A stretch of DNA of 64,000 nucleotides from Oleiphilaceae bacterium (GTDB lineage Bacteria > Pseudomonadota > Gammaproteobacteria > Pseudomonadales > Oleiphilaceae). The stretch is from the NCBI GenBank assembly GCA_034110885.1, contig JAWUYI010000074.1:405-64404 (forward strand), given 5' to 3'. The notes below the pieces were generated by a model. It made no database searches. It had not been told where the DNA came from and was given only the letters and a program-made list of their open reading frames with translations. The position numbers were made by a program, and so were the translations under genes. This document shows positions 51,716 to 62,800 of this stretch, in pieces (the stretch's first letter is position 1; each line of letters opens with the position of its first letter).

Positions 51716-52207
51716 TTAAGATTCTTGGTTCAAGCTAAGAGGTTCAGGCCCCGAAAGCTTCAGCCGTTTACCTTTGGGTAGTTGCATGACTTGACCGGTT
51801 ACCGAGGCTGCAATGGGCAGCTCTCTTTGTCCAAGGTCAGCCAATACGGCAAGCGTAATGCTTGCGGGTCTCCCAAAATCAAATAATTCATTCATTGCTG
51901 CGCGGATGGTTCGCCCGCTCATGATGATATCATCTACCAATAACAGGTGTGCATCTTCGCAGCCAAATGGAAGTCGTGTTGGTGTCACTGAAGGGTTTAG
52001 ACCAATGCGGGTGAAATCATCACGATAAAAACTTATGTCTAATTCTCCGATCTCTTCGTCGTAATCTAGACGTTTCGCAAGTTCGCGTGCGATCCATACA
52101 CCGCCTGTACGAATTCCGACCATTTTAAATGCGCAGCCTTGCAACTGTGCAGCTAGCTCCTCGCTCATGTTATCGAGTATTGCTGATAGTTCTTGTTGAT
52201 TAAACAT
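51716..52207 (-). CDS. pyrR: bifunctional pyr operon regulator / uracil phosphoribosyltransferase PyrR
   Basis: The ORF track runs 51716..52228. I prefer ATG 52207 (MFNQQELS). PRPP-binding loop LLVDDIIMSGRTIRAA. Confidence 0.88.
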   Translation of the reverse strand: MFNQQELSAILDNMSEELAAQLQGCAFKMVGIRTGGVWIARELAKRLDYDEEIGELDISFYRDDFTRIGLNPSVTPTRLPFGCEDAHLLLVDDIIMSGRTIRAAMNELFDFGRPASITLAVLADLGQRELPIAASVTGQVMQLPKGKRLKLSGPEPLSLNQES

Positions 52208-52628
52208 CCTGCTGCTCCCTGCTCGCAAGCCAGCTTTCTAAAACGAGACAGGCGGCTATGCCATCTACAGAATAGTCGCCAAAATTTTGTACGCCAGAAT
52301 CCCTTAGAACCATACCTTTAGCTTCGAAGCTGCTTAAGCGCTCATCTTGAAGGGCGACGTCTAAGTGGAAGCGACCATGCAGGCGCTTAGCGAATTTTTT
52401 AGCGCGTAATGACATTTCACTTTCACTGCCGTCCATGTTTAATGGAAGCCCAACGACAAGTCCTTTCGGTTGCCAAGTGCTTAGGAGGCTTTCGACCTCT
52501 TGCCAGTTAGGTATTCCGTCTTTGGCTTTAATCGGATTAAGTTCTCTTGCCGTGTTAGTGAGGGCATTGCCTAAAGCAACGCCAATTCGTTTTGTGCCAA
52601 AGTCGAAGCAAATATAACTTTTAGGCAT
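52200..52628 (-). CDS. ruvX: Holliday junction resolvase-like / pre-16S rRNA nuclease RuvX (YqgF)
   Basis: ORF track, 142 aa. FDFGTKRIGVA, GLPLNMDGSES and DERLSS. Confidence 0.92.
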   Translation of the reverse strand: MPKSYICFDFGTKRIGVALGNALTNTARELNPIKAKDGIPNWQEVESLLSTWQPKGLVVGLPLNMDGSESEMSLRAKKFAKRLHGRFHLDVALQDERLSSFEAKGMVLRDSGVQNFGDYSVDGIAACLVLESWLASREQQDV

Positions 52629-53184
52629 GACCGGCCTGAGAGCTTAATTGCCCAGCATTAAACCCCAATGTAGCTAAGGCCTTCGTGTATTTGTCTTCGT
52701 TAGGGGTGCTGAAAAGAATCTCGGGACTGGCTTGGCATGTTAACCATGTGTTTTCTGCGATTTCTTGCTCTAACTGCCCCGAGCCCCAACCCGCATAACC
52801 TAGAGCGATAAAAAATTGCTCTGGTCCTTGGTCATTAGCCAAGGCATTTAAGATGTCTTTAGATGTGGTTAGCCGCATGTTCTCGGTAATCGCAAACGAG
52901 CTTTCCCACTCAACGGCATCGTTATGCAAAACAAAGCCTCGTTCTAGTTGCACCGGACCACCTTGATAAACATCATTTTCACTGTTCTTACTAGTAGATT
53001 CGAAGTTAAGTTGTTCGAAGATTTCGCCGAGAAGAATGTCGCTTGGTCTATTCAAAATAATGCCCATGGCACCGTCTTCGTTATGTTGGCAAAGGTAGGT
53101 AATAGAGCCATTAAAATTGGGATCTTCCATGCGAGGCATGGCTATTAAGAAATGATGCTGCAAGCTGCTTATGTTTGATGACAT
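52621..53184 (-). CDS. yqgE: YqgE/AlgH family protein
   Basis: ORF track, 187 aa. LIAMPRMEDPNF..S..YLCQHNEDGAMGIILNRP and GYAGWGSGQLEQE. Confidence 0.9.
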   Translation of the reverse strand: MSSNISSLQHHFLIAMPRMEDPNFNGSITYLCQHNEDGAMGIILNRPSDILLGEIFEQLNFESTSKNSENDVYQGGPVQLERGFVLHNDAVEWESSFAITENMRLTTSKDILNALANDQGPEQFFIALGYAGWGSGQLEQEIAENTWLTCQASPEILFSTPNEDKYTKALATLGFNAGQLSSQAGHA

Positions 53185-53245
53185 ATATAAGTATCAACCG
53201 TCGCGCGTGACTGAGACATTGTGAAGGTTCGACATTCTACCCTCT

Positions 53246-54112
53246 CTAGAAGCTAGATACACCTTTGCGATTGTAAGAAAACGTTCGAATTAGTTCTAAT
53301 ACGTCTCTTTCTTTGCGAACGTCATGAGGAAACGGGGCAAAAGGCGATGCACGTGTAACGATGTCTTTGGTTTTCGCATCAAGAACAAGGTTCCCGGAGC
53401 TTTTTAAGATAACGACATCTTTTAAGCTGCCGTCGGAATAGATAGAGATCGAAACTCGAGGTTTACCGTAAAGTTTGCTTTTGCCATCTCGCGGAAAATA
53501 TTGTTTACCTATGCGTTCAATTTTTGCAACGACCTGCTCTACGTAGCGTGCGTCGACAGCCTTCATTGTGGATGCTGCCGTTAGCCTAGTTACTCTTGGT
53601 TTTTTTGCATATTGCTGGAGTTGTTGGTCGTAACTAGCCTCAAGCTCGGCAATTTGTAAGCTGCGCTCAAAAAGAGAGCGAACATCTGGGTTCTTTGCTT
53701 TGGGGGTGAATTCAAGACTGGGTGTAAATAGCTCATTTCGCGAACGTTCTGAGCTTTCGGTAACGACAAACGCTTTCTTTTCTTTTTGCTGCGCTTCTTG
53801 CTGTTTTTGAGGCGCGCTCGACTCCTGTATGAGCATGCTTTCTTCAATCGATTTTGTCGGGGAGCTTTGTTTTGCCTTGTCCTCAAGGGTGCCGCCGCCT
53901 TGTTGATTAGTTTGGGCAAGGTAGTCGGCCTCTTCAGGCTGTTTTTCATCGTCAAAGCGAGAAAGAGTGATTTCCATTGTTTTCGCGGCTGGCTTCGGAT
54001 CGTCTTGTATGAAGTCGGTTAAAACGATCATTGCATGCAGTGCGATCGCAACAAAAACAGTAAAGCTAAGTCTATCGCTTGCGCTGACTTTAACTTGAGG
54101 AACCGCTGACAC
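53246..54112 (-). CDS. tonB: TonB-family energy transducer (TonB3-like position)
   Basis: ORF track, 288 aa. N-terminal TM segment, charged Q/E/K/P-rich linker, and a C-terminal TonB domain. GTG start. Same position as PA0406 between gshB and algH. Confidence 0.65.
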   Translation of the reverse strand: MSAVPQVKVSASDRLSFTVFVAIALHAMIVLTDFIQDDPKPAAKTMEITLSRFDDEKQPEEADYLAQTNQQGGGTLEDKAKQSSPTKSIEESMLIQESSAPQKQQEAQQKEKKAFVVTESSERSRNELFTPSLEFTPKAKNPDVRSLFERSLQIAELEASYDQQLQQYAKKPRVTRLTAASTMKAVDARYVEQVVAKIERIGKQYFPRDGKSKLYGKPRVSISIYSDGSLKDVVILKSSGNLVLDAKTKDIVTRASPFAPFPHDVRKERDVLELIRTFSYNRKGVSSF

Positions 54113-54137
54113 CCGTGTAACTCCTAAATATAGAGAT

Positions 54138-55091
54138 CTATCTTTTTGCTAGTTTTAATTCGATGGCTCGCATTAAATCGCCTGCAATATCAGTATTATA
54201 GGCGCGATTTATTTCTTGTATGCATGTAGGGCTGGTGACATTAATCTCTGTCAAATAATCCCCAATAACATCGATGCCTACAAAGGTCAGGTCTTTAGCG
54301 ATCAAATCATCAGCGATCTGAGATACAATCCAGCGGTCACGCTCTGTAAGGGGCTGGGCTTCGCCTCGACCACCGGCGGCTAAGTTACCACGATGTTCAC
54401 CCTGACTGGGGATTCTTGCTAAAGCGTAATCGACCGGTTTACCGTCAATAATAAGAATTCGTTTATCGCCTTTGCTAATCTCTGGAATATAGCGCTGGGC
54501 CATGACTTGTTCCTGGCCAAACTTGTTCAGAGTTTCGAGAATAACACCGACATTAGGGTCTCCGGCTTTAACATTAAATATTGATGTGCCGCCCATGCCA
54601 TCGAGAGGTTTAAAAATTACGTGCTGGTGTTCATCAAGAAAAGCACGAAGCTGTTTGGAATCTCTGCTAACTAAGACTGGAGGGCAGCATTGCGGAAACT
54701 CTGTAGCGTATAGTTTTTCGTTACAGTCGCGCAAACTTTGTGGTTTGTTGACTACTAACGTGCCCAATTTTTCGGCGCGCTCTGCGATATAGGTTGCGTA
54801 AATGAACTCGCTGTCGACAGGCGGATCCTTGCGCAGAAGCAGTACATCAAGACAGTGGAGCTGCGTTGATTCAACTTCATCTAAACAATACCAGTCTGTA
54901 GGGTCGTCTAATAGGTGCAAGCGTTGCATGCTGGCATAGGCTTCGCCTTGGATCAGAGATAGATCTTTCTGCTCCATGTAGTATATTTCCCAATTTTTTT
55001 CGGCTGCAGCGATCATCATTGCGTAGGTGCTGTCTTTCTTTGTATTAACCGTTGTGATGGGGTCCATCACAATTCCTAACTTTATCGTCAT
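54138..55091 (-). CDS. gshB: glutathione synthetase
   Basis: ORF track, 317 aa. MDPITTVNTKKDSTYAMM N-domain and an ATP-grasp domain (KPLDGMGG, GDKRILIIDG, NLAAGG, GIDVIG..LTEINVTSP). Confidence 0.95.
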   Translation of the reverse strand: MTIKLGIVMDPITTVNTKKDSTYAMMIAAAEKNWEIYYMEQKDLSLIQGEAYASMQRLHLLDDPTDWYCLDEVESTQLHCLDVLLLRKDPPVDSEFIYATYIAERAEKLGTLVVNKPQSLRDCNEKLYATEFPQCCPPVLVSRDSKQLRAFLDEHQHVIFKPLDGMGGTSIFNVKAGDPNVGVILETLNKFGQEQVMAQRYIPEISKGDKRILIIDGKPVDYALARIPSQGEHRGNLAAGGRGEAQPLTERDRWIVSQIADDLIAKDLTFVGIDVIGDYLTEINVTSPTCIQEINRAYNTDIAGDLMRAIELKLAKR

Positions 55092-55438
55092 TGAAAACCT
55101 ACCAAAAATTAAAAATGTACTAGTCTTAATTAATTAAAGTGCTGAGTTGCACGCTCATGTAAGTATGACGGCCTTTGTAGTCCGACACAATTGAGCAGTG
55201 TAGGGCCATGTTTTGGGATGAAAAGTTGCGAATATATAAATTATTGTTAGCTATTACTTTTCAGGTAGCAGCGATTAAACTATAAATTATAGTTACTTAG
55301 AAAGTTATTCCTGAAATGATATTAAGAAACGTTTTCAACATATTGGTCTATAGTAGTTTTATAGCGCCTCTTTTTTGTGGACGTATTTATTTTAAGAACG
55401 CACGTGGTGCACTAGTTATTGCCTTGGGCTGTTGAACA

Positions 55439-55825
55439 ATGGAAGACAATTTCGAAAATTTAAAAATCATGGTGATTGATGATAGTAAGACCATCCGAAG
55501 AACAGCGGAGACGTTGTTAAAGAAGGTGGGTTGTACGGTCATTACAGCCACGGATGGGTTTGATGCACTTGCTAAAATTGCAGATTCGAACCCTGACATT
55601 ATTTTTGTAGATATCATGATGCCGCGTTTAGATGGCTATCAAACCTGCGCACTAATTAAAAATAACAGTGCGTTCAAAGCGACTCCAGTCATTATGCTTT
55701 CCAGTAAGGATGGTCTTTTCGATAAGGCCAAGGGGCGTATTGTTGGGTCCGACCAATATTTGACTAAGCCGTTTAGTAAAGACGAATTATTGAATACGAT
55801 TCGTAATCACGCACCGGCAAGTTAA
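55439..55825 (+). CDS. pilG: twitching-motility CheY-like response regulator PilG
   Basis: ORF track, 128 aa. Receiver domain IMVIDDSKTIR, FVDIMMPRLDGYQTC, LSSKDG and YLTKPF. First gene of the pilGHIJK-chpA cluster. Confidence 0.9.
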   Translation: MEDNFENLKIMVIDDSKTIRRTAETLLKKVGCTVITATDGFDALAKIADSNPDIIFVDIMMPRLDGYQTCALIKNNSAFKATPVIMLSSKDGLFDKAKGRIVGSDQYLTKPFSKDELLNTIRNHAPAS

Positions 55826-55880
55826 TTCATTCACTATACATATATCTCTCATCGAAAAGAGATTTACGCGAGGGAGAGCC

Positions 55881-56243
55881 ATGGCTCGTATATTAATCGT
55901 TGATGATTCACCAACTGAAATTCGAAAGATTTCAACAATTCTAGAACAGCATAAGCATGAAGTAATTACAGCGGACAATGGTGCCGATGGTGTTGCCGTA
56001 GCGCGTGCAGAACAGCCCGATTTGATTTTGATGGATGTCGTTATGCCTGGCCTAAATGGGTTTCAAGCAACGCGACAATTGACTCGTACTCCAGAAACAG
56101 CAGACATTCCGGTGGTTATCGTAACTACGAAAGACCAGGAAACTGATCGTGTTTGGGGAACTAGACAAGGCGCGAAAGGCTACCTAGTGAAGCCTGTAAG
56201 TGAAGACAATCTTGTTGCAACGATCAATGAGTTGCTCGGTTAA
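55881..56243 (+). CDS. pilH: twitching-motility CheY-like response regulator PilH
   Basis: ORF track, 120 aa. ILIVDDS, LMDVVMPGLNGFQ and YLVKPV. Confidence 0.9.
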   Translation: MARILIVDDSPTEIRKISTILEQHKHEVITADNGADGVAVARAEQPDLILMDVVMPGLNGFQATRQLTRTPETADIPVVIVTTKDQETDRVWGTRQGAKGYLVKPVSEDNLVATINELLG

Positions 56244-56246
56244 ATA

Positions 56247-56798
56247 ATGAGTAGTGCTGATACCCTCCCTTTTGATGCTTTAAGTGATCTCGCAGAGAAA
56301 AGTCTCAAGTTCTCTGTGGGTTTGCCTGCTCAAGACGCTGCTGTAGAACTTTGGAACGGTATTGGTTTTACCCTTGCCGGCTTCCAGTGCGTTGCGGGTA
56401 TGGGAACCGTGGCAGAATTACTGCACTTACCCAAGTACACGATTGTACCTGGCGTAAAAAGTTGGATTCTAGGGGTGTCGAATGTTCGAGGACGCCTCTT
56501 GCCTATCGTAGATTTAGCGCGTTACTTCGGTTTATCTGCGAGTCAGTCGCGTTTTCGCGACAAGCGAGTATTAGTTGTAGAGCAGGATGAGTTGTTAAAC
56601 GGTTTTATCGTTGACGACGTGCAAGGTATGCAGTATTTCCCTGCAGATGGTTTTAACTCCAATGTTTCGCAGAATTTGCCTGCAGCGTTAAAGCCTTTTG
56701 TTACGGGAACTTACATTAAAAACGATACCGAATGGTTGGTTTTTGATTCTAAGTTTTTAATAAATAATGATAAGTTTCTTGACGTTTCGTTAGGGTAA
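56247..56798 (+). CDS. pilI: CheW-like coupling protein PilI
   Basis: ORF track, 183 aa. CheW fold (GVSNVRGRLLPIVDL), in the correct position. Confidence 0.85.
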   Translation: MSSADTLPFDALSDLAEKSLKFSVGLPAQDAAVELWNGIGFTLAGFQCVAGMGTVAELLHLPKYTIVPGVKSWILGVSNVRGRLLPIVDLARYFGLSASQSRFRDKRVLVVEQDELLNGFIVDDVQGMQYFPADGFNSNVSQNLPAALKPFVTGTYIKNDTEWLVFDSKFLINNDKFLDVSLG

Positions 56799-56843
56799 GA
56801 TTCGTTCACCCTTTGTTAGATAGTTTGGGCCGGGAGCCAGAAA

Positions 56844-58934
56844 ATGAAGATTATGTCCGGAAGATTCAGCACAGACCAAGGTAACACCGGAGTTATTTTT
56901 TGGTTAGGTGTTGCGCTTGTTCTAATGTTGGTTTTCCTACTTGTAGTCTCTTACTTGATAGGTAGAGATAGTAAGTACGACAAAGAGTATGCCGCGTATG
57001 CGAGTGACTTGAGGGTGCTGTCGCAAGAAATTGCGAAGAATGCGACCGAGGCAGCTTCTGGTAAGGAAGAAGCATTTTCGCAGTTAAAGCGTTCACGAGA
57101 CGACTTCGAAACTCTGCTCGGATACATTGTGATGGGCAACGAAGAAACTGACTTGCCCGCGTCCGAACTACCCGCCGAAACCGGTGTTGTGGATCGTTGG
57201 CAAAGTGTGAGCCGAAATGCTGACCGTATCTTAGAAAACGATGAAACGGTCTTAACTCTTCATCAGATTGCTCAAACCTTGAATGAGACGATTCCCCAGC
57301 TTCAGATTGAATATGAAGACGTCGTAATGATCCTCTTGGAAAACGACGCGCCTGCTGACCAAATTTCAGTTGCAGAACGTCAGTCGTTAAGGGCTGAGCG
57401 TATCGTGCGAAGTGTTAACAACATTCTGACCGGTGACGAGGATGCAGCAATTGCAGCAAACCGTTTTGGTGAAGATGCAAAACTATTCGGTCGCGTCATG
57501 AACTCTATGTTCGAAGGCAATGACGCAATGGCAATCAGTCGGGTCACCGATGAAGATGCGATTTATGGTCTTGAAGCCATCGCTGAGCTTTTTGACTATG
57601 TCGACAGTAACGTAAAAGCGATCCTTGAAACCTCTCCAGAGTTATTTAAAGTTCGGAATGCGGCCAACTTAATCTTCGAAAACTCTATTGCTATGTTGAG
57701 CGAGACAACAGAACTATCGAAAGGTGTTCAAACACAAGCAGACGGTCGAATATTTAGTGCAACACTCGCCTACTTTATTTTGGCGGCTATTATCGCTTTG
57801 ATTGTTGTCATAGGCTTATTGCTTTATCAAGAGTCTCAAAACCGATTACGTTTAACGGAAGAACAAAACGAGCAGAACCAGAACGCTATCTTGCGGTTAC
57901 TTGATGAACTTGCAGATCTAGCTGATGGTGACTTGACGACAGAAGCAACCGTAACCGAGGATTTCACGGGTGCGATTGCAGACTCTATCAACTTCGCGAT
58001 CGACCAGATGCGTGGATTGGTAAAAGCGATTCGAGATACAGCCTTGCAGGTCGCATCGTCTGCTTATGAAACACAGAGCACAGCAATCAACCTAGCCGAA
58101 TCGTCAGATAATCAGGCACAAGAAATTGCCGGGGCTTCTGCCGCGATTAACGAAATGGCTGTTTCGATCGACCAAGTATCGTCTAACGCTGCTGAATCAG
58201 CTGCGGTTGCGGAACGATCGGTAACCATTGCTAAGAAGGGTACCGACGTAGTACAAAATACCATGCGTGGTATGGACACTATTCGTGAGCAAATCCAAGA
58301 AACCTCGAAACGAATTAAGCGTCTAGGTGAGTCATCACAAGAAATCGGAGATATCGTATCTCTAATTAATGACATTGCCGACCAAACCAACATTCTTTCT
58401 TTGAACGCTGCGATCCAGGCGTCGATGGCAGGTGATGCAGGTCGAGGCTTCGCGGTTGTTGCGGACGAGGTTCAGCGACTAGCGGAACGTTCCTCAGCTG
58501 CAACTAAGCAGATTGAAGCGCTGGTTAAAACAACACAGACGGATACAAATGAAGCGGTTATATCCATGGAGCACACGACTGCTGAAGTTGTGCGCGGTGC
58601 ACGTCTAGCGCAAGACGCGGGCGTAGCTCTGGAAGAGATAGAAAGTGTATCGATGAATCTAGCTGACTTGATTCAGAACATCTCGAATGCATCTAGACAA
58701 CAGTCTATGTCTGCTGGCCACATTTCTAATACGATGAACGTTATCCAAGAAATCACGTCTCAAACGTCTGCGGGTACTAATGCAACAGCTAAGTCGATCG
58801 GTAATCTCGCTGATATGGCAAGTCAATTGCGTGAGTCTGTATCGGGTTTCAAATTGCCAGTGGATGAGCATGAGCAGGGCTCTGAACTACCAGTAGTGGG
58901 CCCAGATGATGAGAGTTTGTCACAAGCTTCTTAA
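56844..58934 (+). CDS. pilJ: methyl-accepting chemotaxis protein PilJ
   Basis: ORF track, 696 aa. Two TM segments flank a large periplasmic domain, followed by HAMP and the conserved signalling hairpin NILSLNAAIQASMAGDAGRGFAVVADEVQRLAERS. Confidence 0.93.
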   Translation: MKIMSGRFSTDQGNTGVIFWLGVALVLMLVFLLVVSYLIGRDSKYDKEYAAYASDLRVLSQEIAKNATEAASGKEEAFSQLKRSRDDFETLLGYIVMGNEETDLPASELPAETGVVDRWQSVSRNADRILENDETVLTLHQIAQTLNETIPQLQIEYEDVVMILLENDAPADQISVAERQSLRAERIVRSVNNILTGDEDAAIAANRFGEDAKLFGRVMNSMFEGNDAMAISRVTDEDAIYGLEAIAELFDYVDSNVKAILETSPELFKVRNAANLIFENSIAMLSETTELSKGVQTQADGRIFSATLAYFILAAIIALIVVIGLLLYQESQNRLRLTEEQNEQNQNAILRLLDELADLADGDLTTEATVTEDFTGAIADSINFAIDQMRGLVKAIRDTALQVASSAYETQSTAINLAESSDNQAQEIAGASAAINEMAVSIDQVSSNAAESAAVAERSVTIAKKGTDVVQNTMRGMDTIREQIQETSKRIKRLGESSQEIGDIVSLINDIADQTNILSLNAAIQASMAGDAGRGFAVVADEVQRLAERSSAATKQIEALVKTTQTDTNEAVISMEHTTAEVVRGARLAQDAGVALEEIESVSMNLADLIQNISNASRQQSMSAGHISNTMNVIQEITSQTSAGTNATAKSIGNLADMASQLRESVSGFKLPVDEHEQGSELPVVGPDDESLSQAS

Positions 58935-58943
58935 TGTTGTTGC

Positions 58944-59852
58944 GTGATGGGTGAGTCTTCAGCATATGCCGCAGACCACGCACTTGAAGGCGCGAAGGAA
59001 CTCTTGAGCATGGCTCCAATAAAGATTCCGGCAATGAGCGATGGCCAATTTGCGAAATGGCAATCGCTTGTTGAGGAGCGTTTGGGTACGCACTTCCCAA
59101 AGGATCAGAAGTCACGTCTGCAATCTAGTCTTTCAATTCGCATGCGCGAAATTGAATGCCTTGATTTTGATCAGTATTACGACCAAGTGAAGGATCATTT
59201 GTCAGGTCTTGGAGAGTGGTTAACTCTCGTTGACCGATTGGTGATTGGTGAAACGCGGTTTTATCGTGACTCTAACGCAATGGCGTTAGCCTACTTAGTC
59301 ATGAAAAGCAGGCTAAAGCGCCAGCCGAAGCGCGCGTTAGGTGTGTGGAGTGTGGGCTGTAGTTCAGGCGAAGAAAGCTACTCGTTGGCTTTTCTATGCG
59401 AAAGTTTGTTTCGTGAACTGAAGCAAGAACCTAGGTATGGAATTACCGGCATCGATGTGAGCTGGGGCGTGCTATCACAAGCTCGCGCAGGTGAATATGA
59501 TGAGCGAAAGATGAGCGGTTTGCCGAAAACATGGAAATATACGTTTTTTGACAACCAAGAAGATGGAGTGTTTCGTATTGTTGACGAAGTGAAACGTAGA
59601 GTTTGCTTCGCAAAACAGAACATGCGGGATCTCGCTCAAAGCCCAGTGAAAGAACAAGATTTAATCTATTGCCAAAATGTCCTTATTTATTTCCGAAAAG
59701 AAATGAGGCATGAAATTTTAGACGAGCTGGGTTCTCGTTTGGCTCTAGGTGGCGTACTAATAATAGGCGCGGGAGAGGCCTTGGATTGGAAAAATCCACG
59801 GTTAAAGCGCGTAGATGACAAACGCGCACTCGCGTTTCAAAGAGTCTCTTGA
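58944..59852 (+). CDS. pilK: CheR-type chemotaxis protein methyltransferase PilK
   Basis: ORF track, 302 aa. ETRFYRD, VWSVGCSSGEESYSLA and CQNVLIYF. Confidence 0.88.
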   Translation: MMGESSAYAADHALEGAKELLSMAPIKIPAMSDGQFAKWQSLVEERLGTHFPKDQKSRLQSSLSIRMREIECLDFDQYYDQVKDHLSGLGEWLTLVDRLVIGETRFYRDSNAMALAYLVMKSRLKRQPKRALGVWSVGCSSGEESYSLAFLCESLFRELKQEPRYGITGIDVSWGVLSQARAGEYDERKMSGLPKTWKYTFFDNQEDGVFRIVDEVKRRVCFAKQNMRDLAQSPVKEQDLIYCQNVLIYFRKEMRHEILDELGSRLALGGVLIIGAGEALDWKNPRLKRVDDKRALAFQRVS

Positions 59853-59886
59853 CTCAATAATTATAAGCAAGGCAGAGGTTTAAGTT

Positions 59887-62800
59887 ATGGCGGGTAACCA
59901 TGACTATTTGGCACTAGATTGGGTTCGTGGCGAAATAGAGCAAACGCTCTTGCTTGCGCAAAACTCGCTTGAGTTATTTGCGTCCAATCGTGACGATACA
60001 ACACACGCAAGCTTTTGCTTGAATCATTTGCATCAGGTGCATGGCACTTTGCAAATGGTTGAGTTGTATGGCGCTGCCTTGTTAGCAGAAGAAATGGAAA
60101 AGTTGTGTCAGGCATTCATCAATCAAGAAGTAGATAATTTTGATGAGTCTGTTGACGCCCTTATGGGCTCAATTTTACAGCTTGGAAACTATCTAGAGCA
60201 TGTGCGCAGTGGTCAGAAAGATTTGCCTGGTGCGTTGTTGCCAGTGCTTAACGATTTACGGGCGTCGCGTGGCCAATCCTTCCTGTCAGACACCTCGTTA
60301 TTTACGCCAAACTTAAACGCTTCCGCGGTTGAGCCCAATACGTCGCTCAATGCACGTATGGCAGACCCTAAAGTTGCTGAAAATCTCAGAAAGTTGAGGC
60401 AGAAATTTCAGTTTTCCTTAGCCAGCATTGTTCGCAATCAAGATCTAGAAGAGCACTTTGAGTTTGTTATAAAGATCCTGTCTCGGCTCGAGAAATTCTG
60501 TAAAGACACCCCTATAGGTAGATTATGGTGGGTGGCAATTGGATTTGTTGAGGCGATTAAACCCAATCAGGACGCGCCAGGCTCAGCCATAAAACACCTA
60601 CTTCGCGAACTCGACGTACAGCTAAAAGCTATGATTGAATCGCCAACGGATGCGTTGTCGCGACCAATTCCAGATGACTTATTCCGCAACCTTCTTTATT
60701 ACGTTGCGAAGTCAAAAGTCCAAAATGAACATATCTCAGCTCTAAAAGATGCCTTTGAACTTGATAAGGCTCTTCCCGGAATTGAAGGCTCACAAGAAGA
60801 AAGCGACAGGATGTTGGGGCCGGATCGAGGCACCATAAACTCTGTTGTTGAAGTATTAATTGAAGAACTCGCCCAAGTTAAAGATCAACTAGATCTTCTT
60901 GAACGCAATGACTCCGCACAAACGGAAGACTTGCAGGCGCTCCTCCCCTCCTTAAATCAGTTGGCAGGTACTTTGGCTGTTGTCGGTGCGGGTAATGCGC
61001 GCCGGGGAATCGTAAAACAAATTGATTTGATAGAAGGCTTGAGCGCGGGTGCGATTGACGATGATGTCATGATGAACATCGCCGACTCAATTTTAATCGT
61101 TGAAGCTCAGATCTCTCATCTCAAGAGCGACCCCAGTGCCGTGTCCGATGACAGCGACGAGTTTTCTGTGCCAGCAGAGCAATTTAAAAGTGCGCACGCA
61201 GCGGTTATCGAAGCGTCACGTGTTTCTTTAGAAGAAGCAAAGAATAGCATTGTCGGTTTTATAACTTCTCACTGGGATCAGTCTCACATCCGTGGCGTGC
61301 CCGATTTACTTGATAGTATCCGTGGCGGGCTGCAAATTATTCCTCTCGAGGACGCGGCAAGTTTATTGGGGGCATGCAGTAACTATGTCCGCGACAAGCT
61401 GTTGAACGAAAGCGTTGTTCCTGATTGGGAAGAGCTTGATCGCCTAGCAGATACAATCAGTAGTATTGAATACTACATCGAACGTATCGCAGAAGGTGCT
61501 CGAGATAACGACAGATTCTTAGATGTGGCCAGGGAGAGTTTGCAAAAGCTAGGGTATCTCACCAATAGTGATGAACAGTCCTCTATTGTCTCGCAGCATC
61601 ATGTTTCTGAAGCCGCGGCTGAAGCTCCGGATACTAAGGCAAAAGAGACAGACGAAGAGCTAATAGATGATGAGATTCTAGAGATTTTCTCCGAAGAAGT
61701 TGGAGAAGTTTCTTTAGAGATTGAACAAGCCATTACTGCACTTAAAGCTGATGAAACGAATTTGCCAATGTTGGCAGAGCTTCGAAGAGCGTTTCATACG
61801 CTAAAAGGCAGTGGGCGTCTCGTGGGTGCGGAATCCATGGCTCAGTTAGCATGGGTAATCGAAGAATCTTTGAATACTTTGTGTGAAGCTGGCAGTTCCT
61901 TGTCCGTTTCACAGCTAGGTGTTGTAGAAGAAATTAAAGATTCATTGCCACAATTGTTAAATAGTTTTTCAAGCGGAGCCGAAGACGCGTTAGCCAATGA
62001 ATTAGAGCAACGTTTTCGATCTGTTAGCGGCGGTTCCGAAGGGAAAGCAGAAGCGCAAGAGGATGAGCTCGCTAATTTACAAGAGCTTGAAACTGCTTCA
62101 GATAGCGTTGATGTGGTTGAAGCAACTGACGAGATGGCCCAGAGTATAAGACAATCACCTACTGCTTCTAAGCCCTCGATACCTGCTCCTGAACTGGCGA
62201 GCTCAGATGACGACGAAGACCTAATTGATGAAGAAATTCTAGAAATTTTCATTGAGGAAGCAGAAGAGGTAAATGAAACCATTGAAGAGTTTCTGCCAAA
62301 GCTTTTAGAGGACTACAACAACCAACACGCCTTGACTGAACTGCGCCGAGCCTTTCATACATTGAAGGGTAGCGGGCGAATGGTCGAAGCTTTGGACATT
62401 GGTGAAATTGCTTGGGCTGTTGAGGATGTTCTCAATTCTGTACTAGACAATACTCTCACCATGCGGCCCTCCGTTGGTGACTTATTGAGTTTTGTGACTC
62501 GAAAAATCCCTGCGCTTGTCGAAAGTTTTAAGAACAGAACCAACGCACCTGTCAGTGTTGATGCTATTAAGGCGCATGCTCAAAACTTAATTGCTGGGCA
62601 AGATCCAGAACCTCTAGTCGATGGCGCTGCGTTGGCACCTAAAAAAGAGCCAGAGTTAGATACGACGACATCAACTTCAGTCGAGTCGCCGGTCGAGAGT
62701 GATGCAGCCGCCTCGGCGGAAGCTGAACTCGGTGAACAAATTACGTTTGATGCCTCACTTCTTGAGATCTTTGAAGCGGAAGCGTTGACGCACATAGCAA

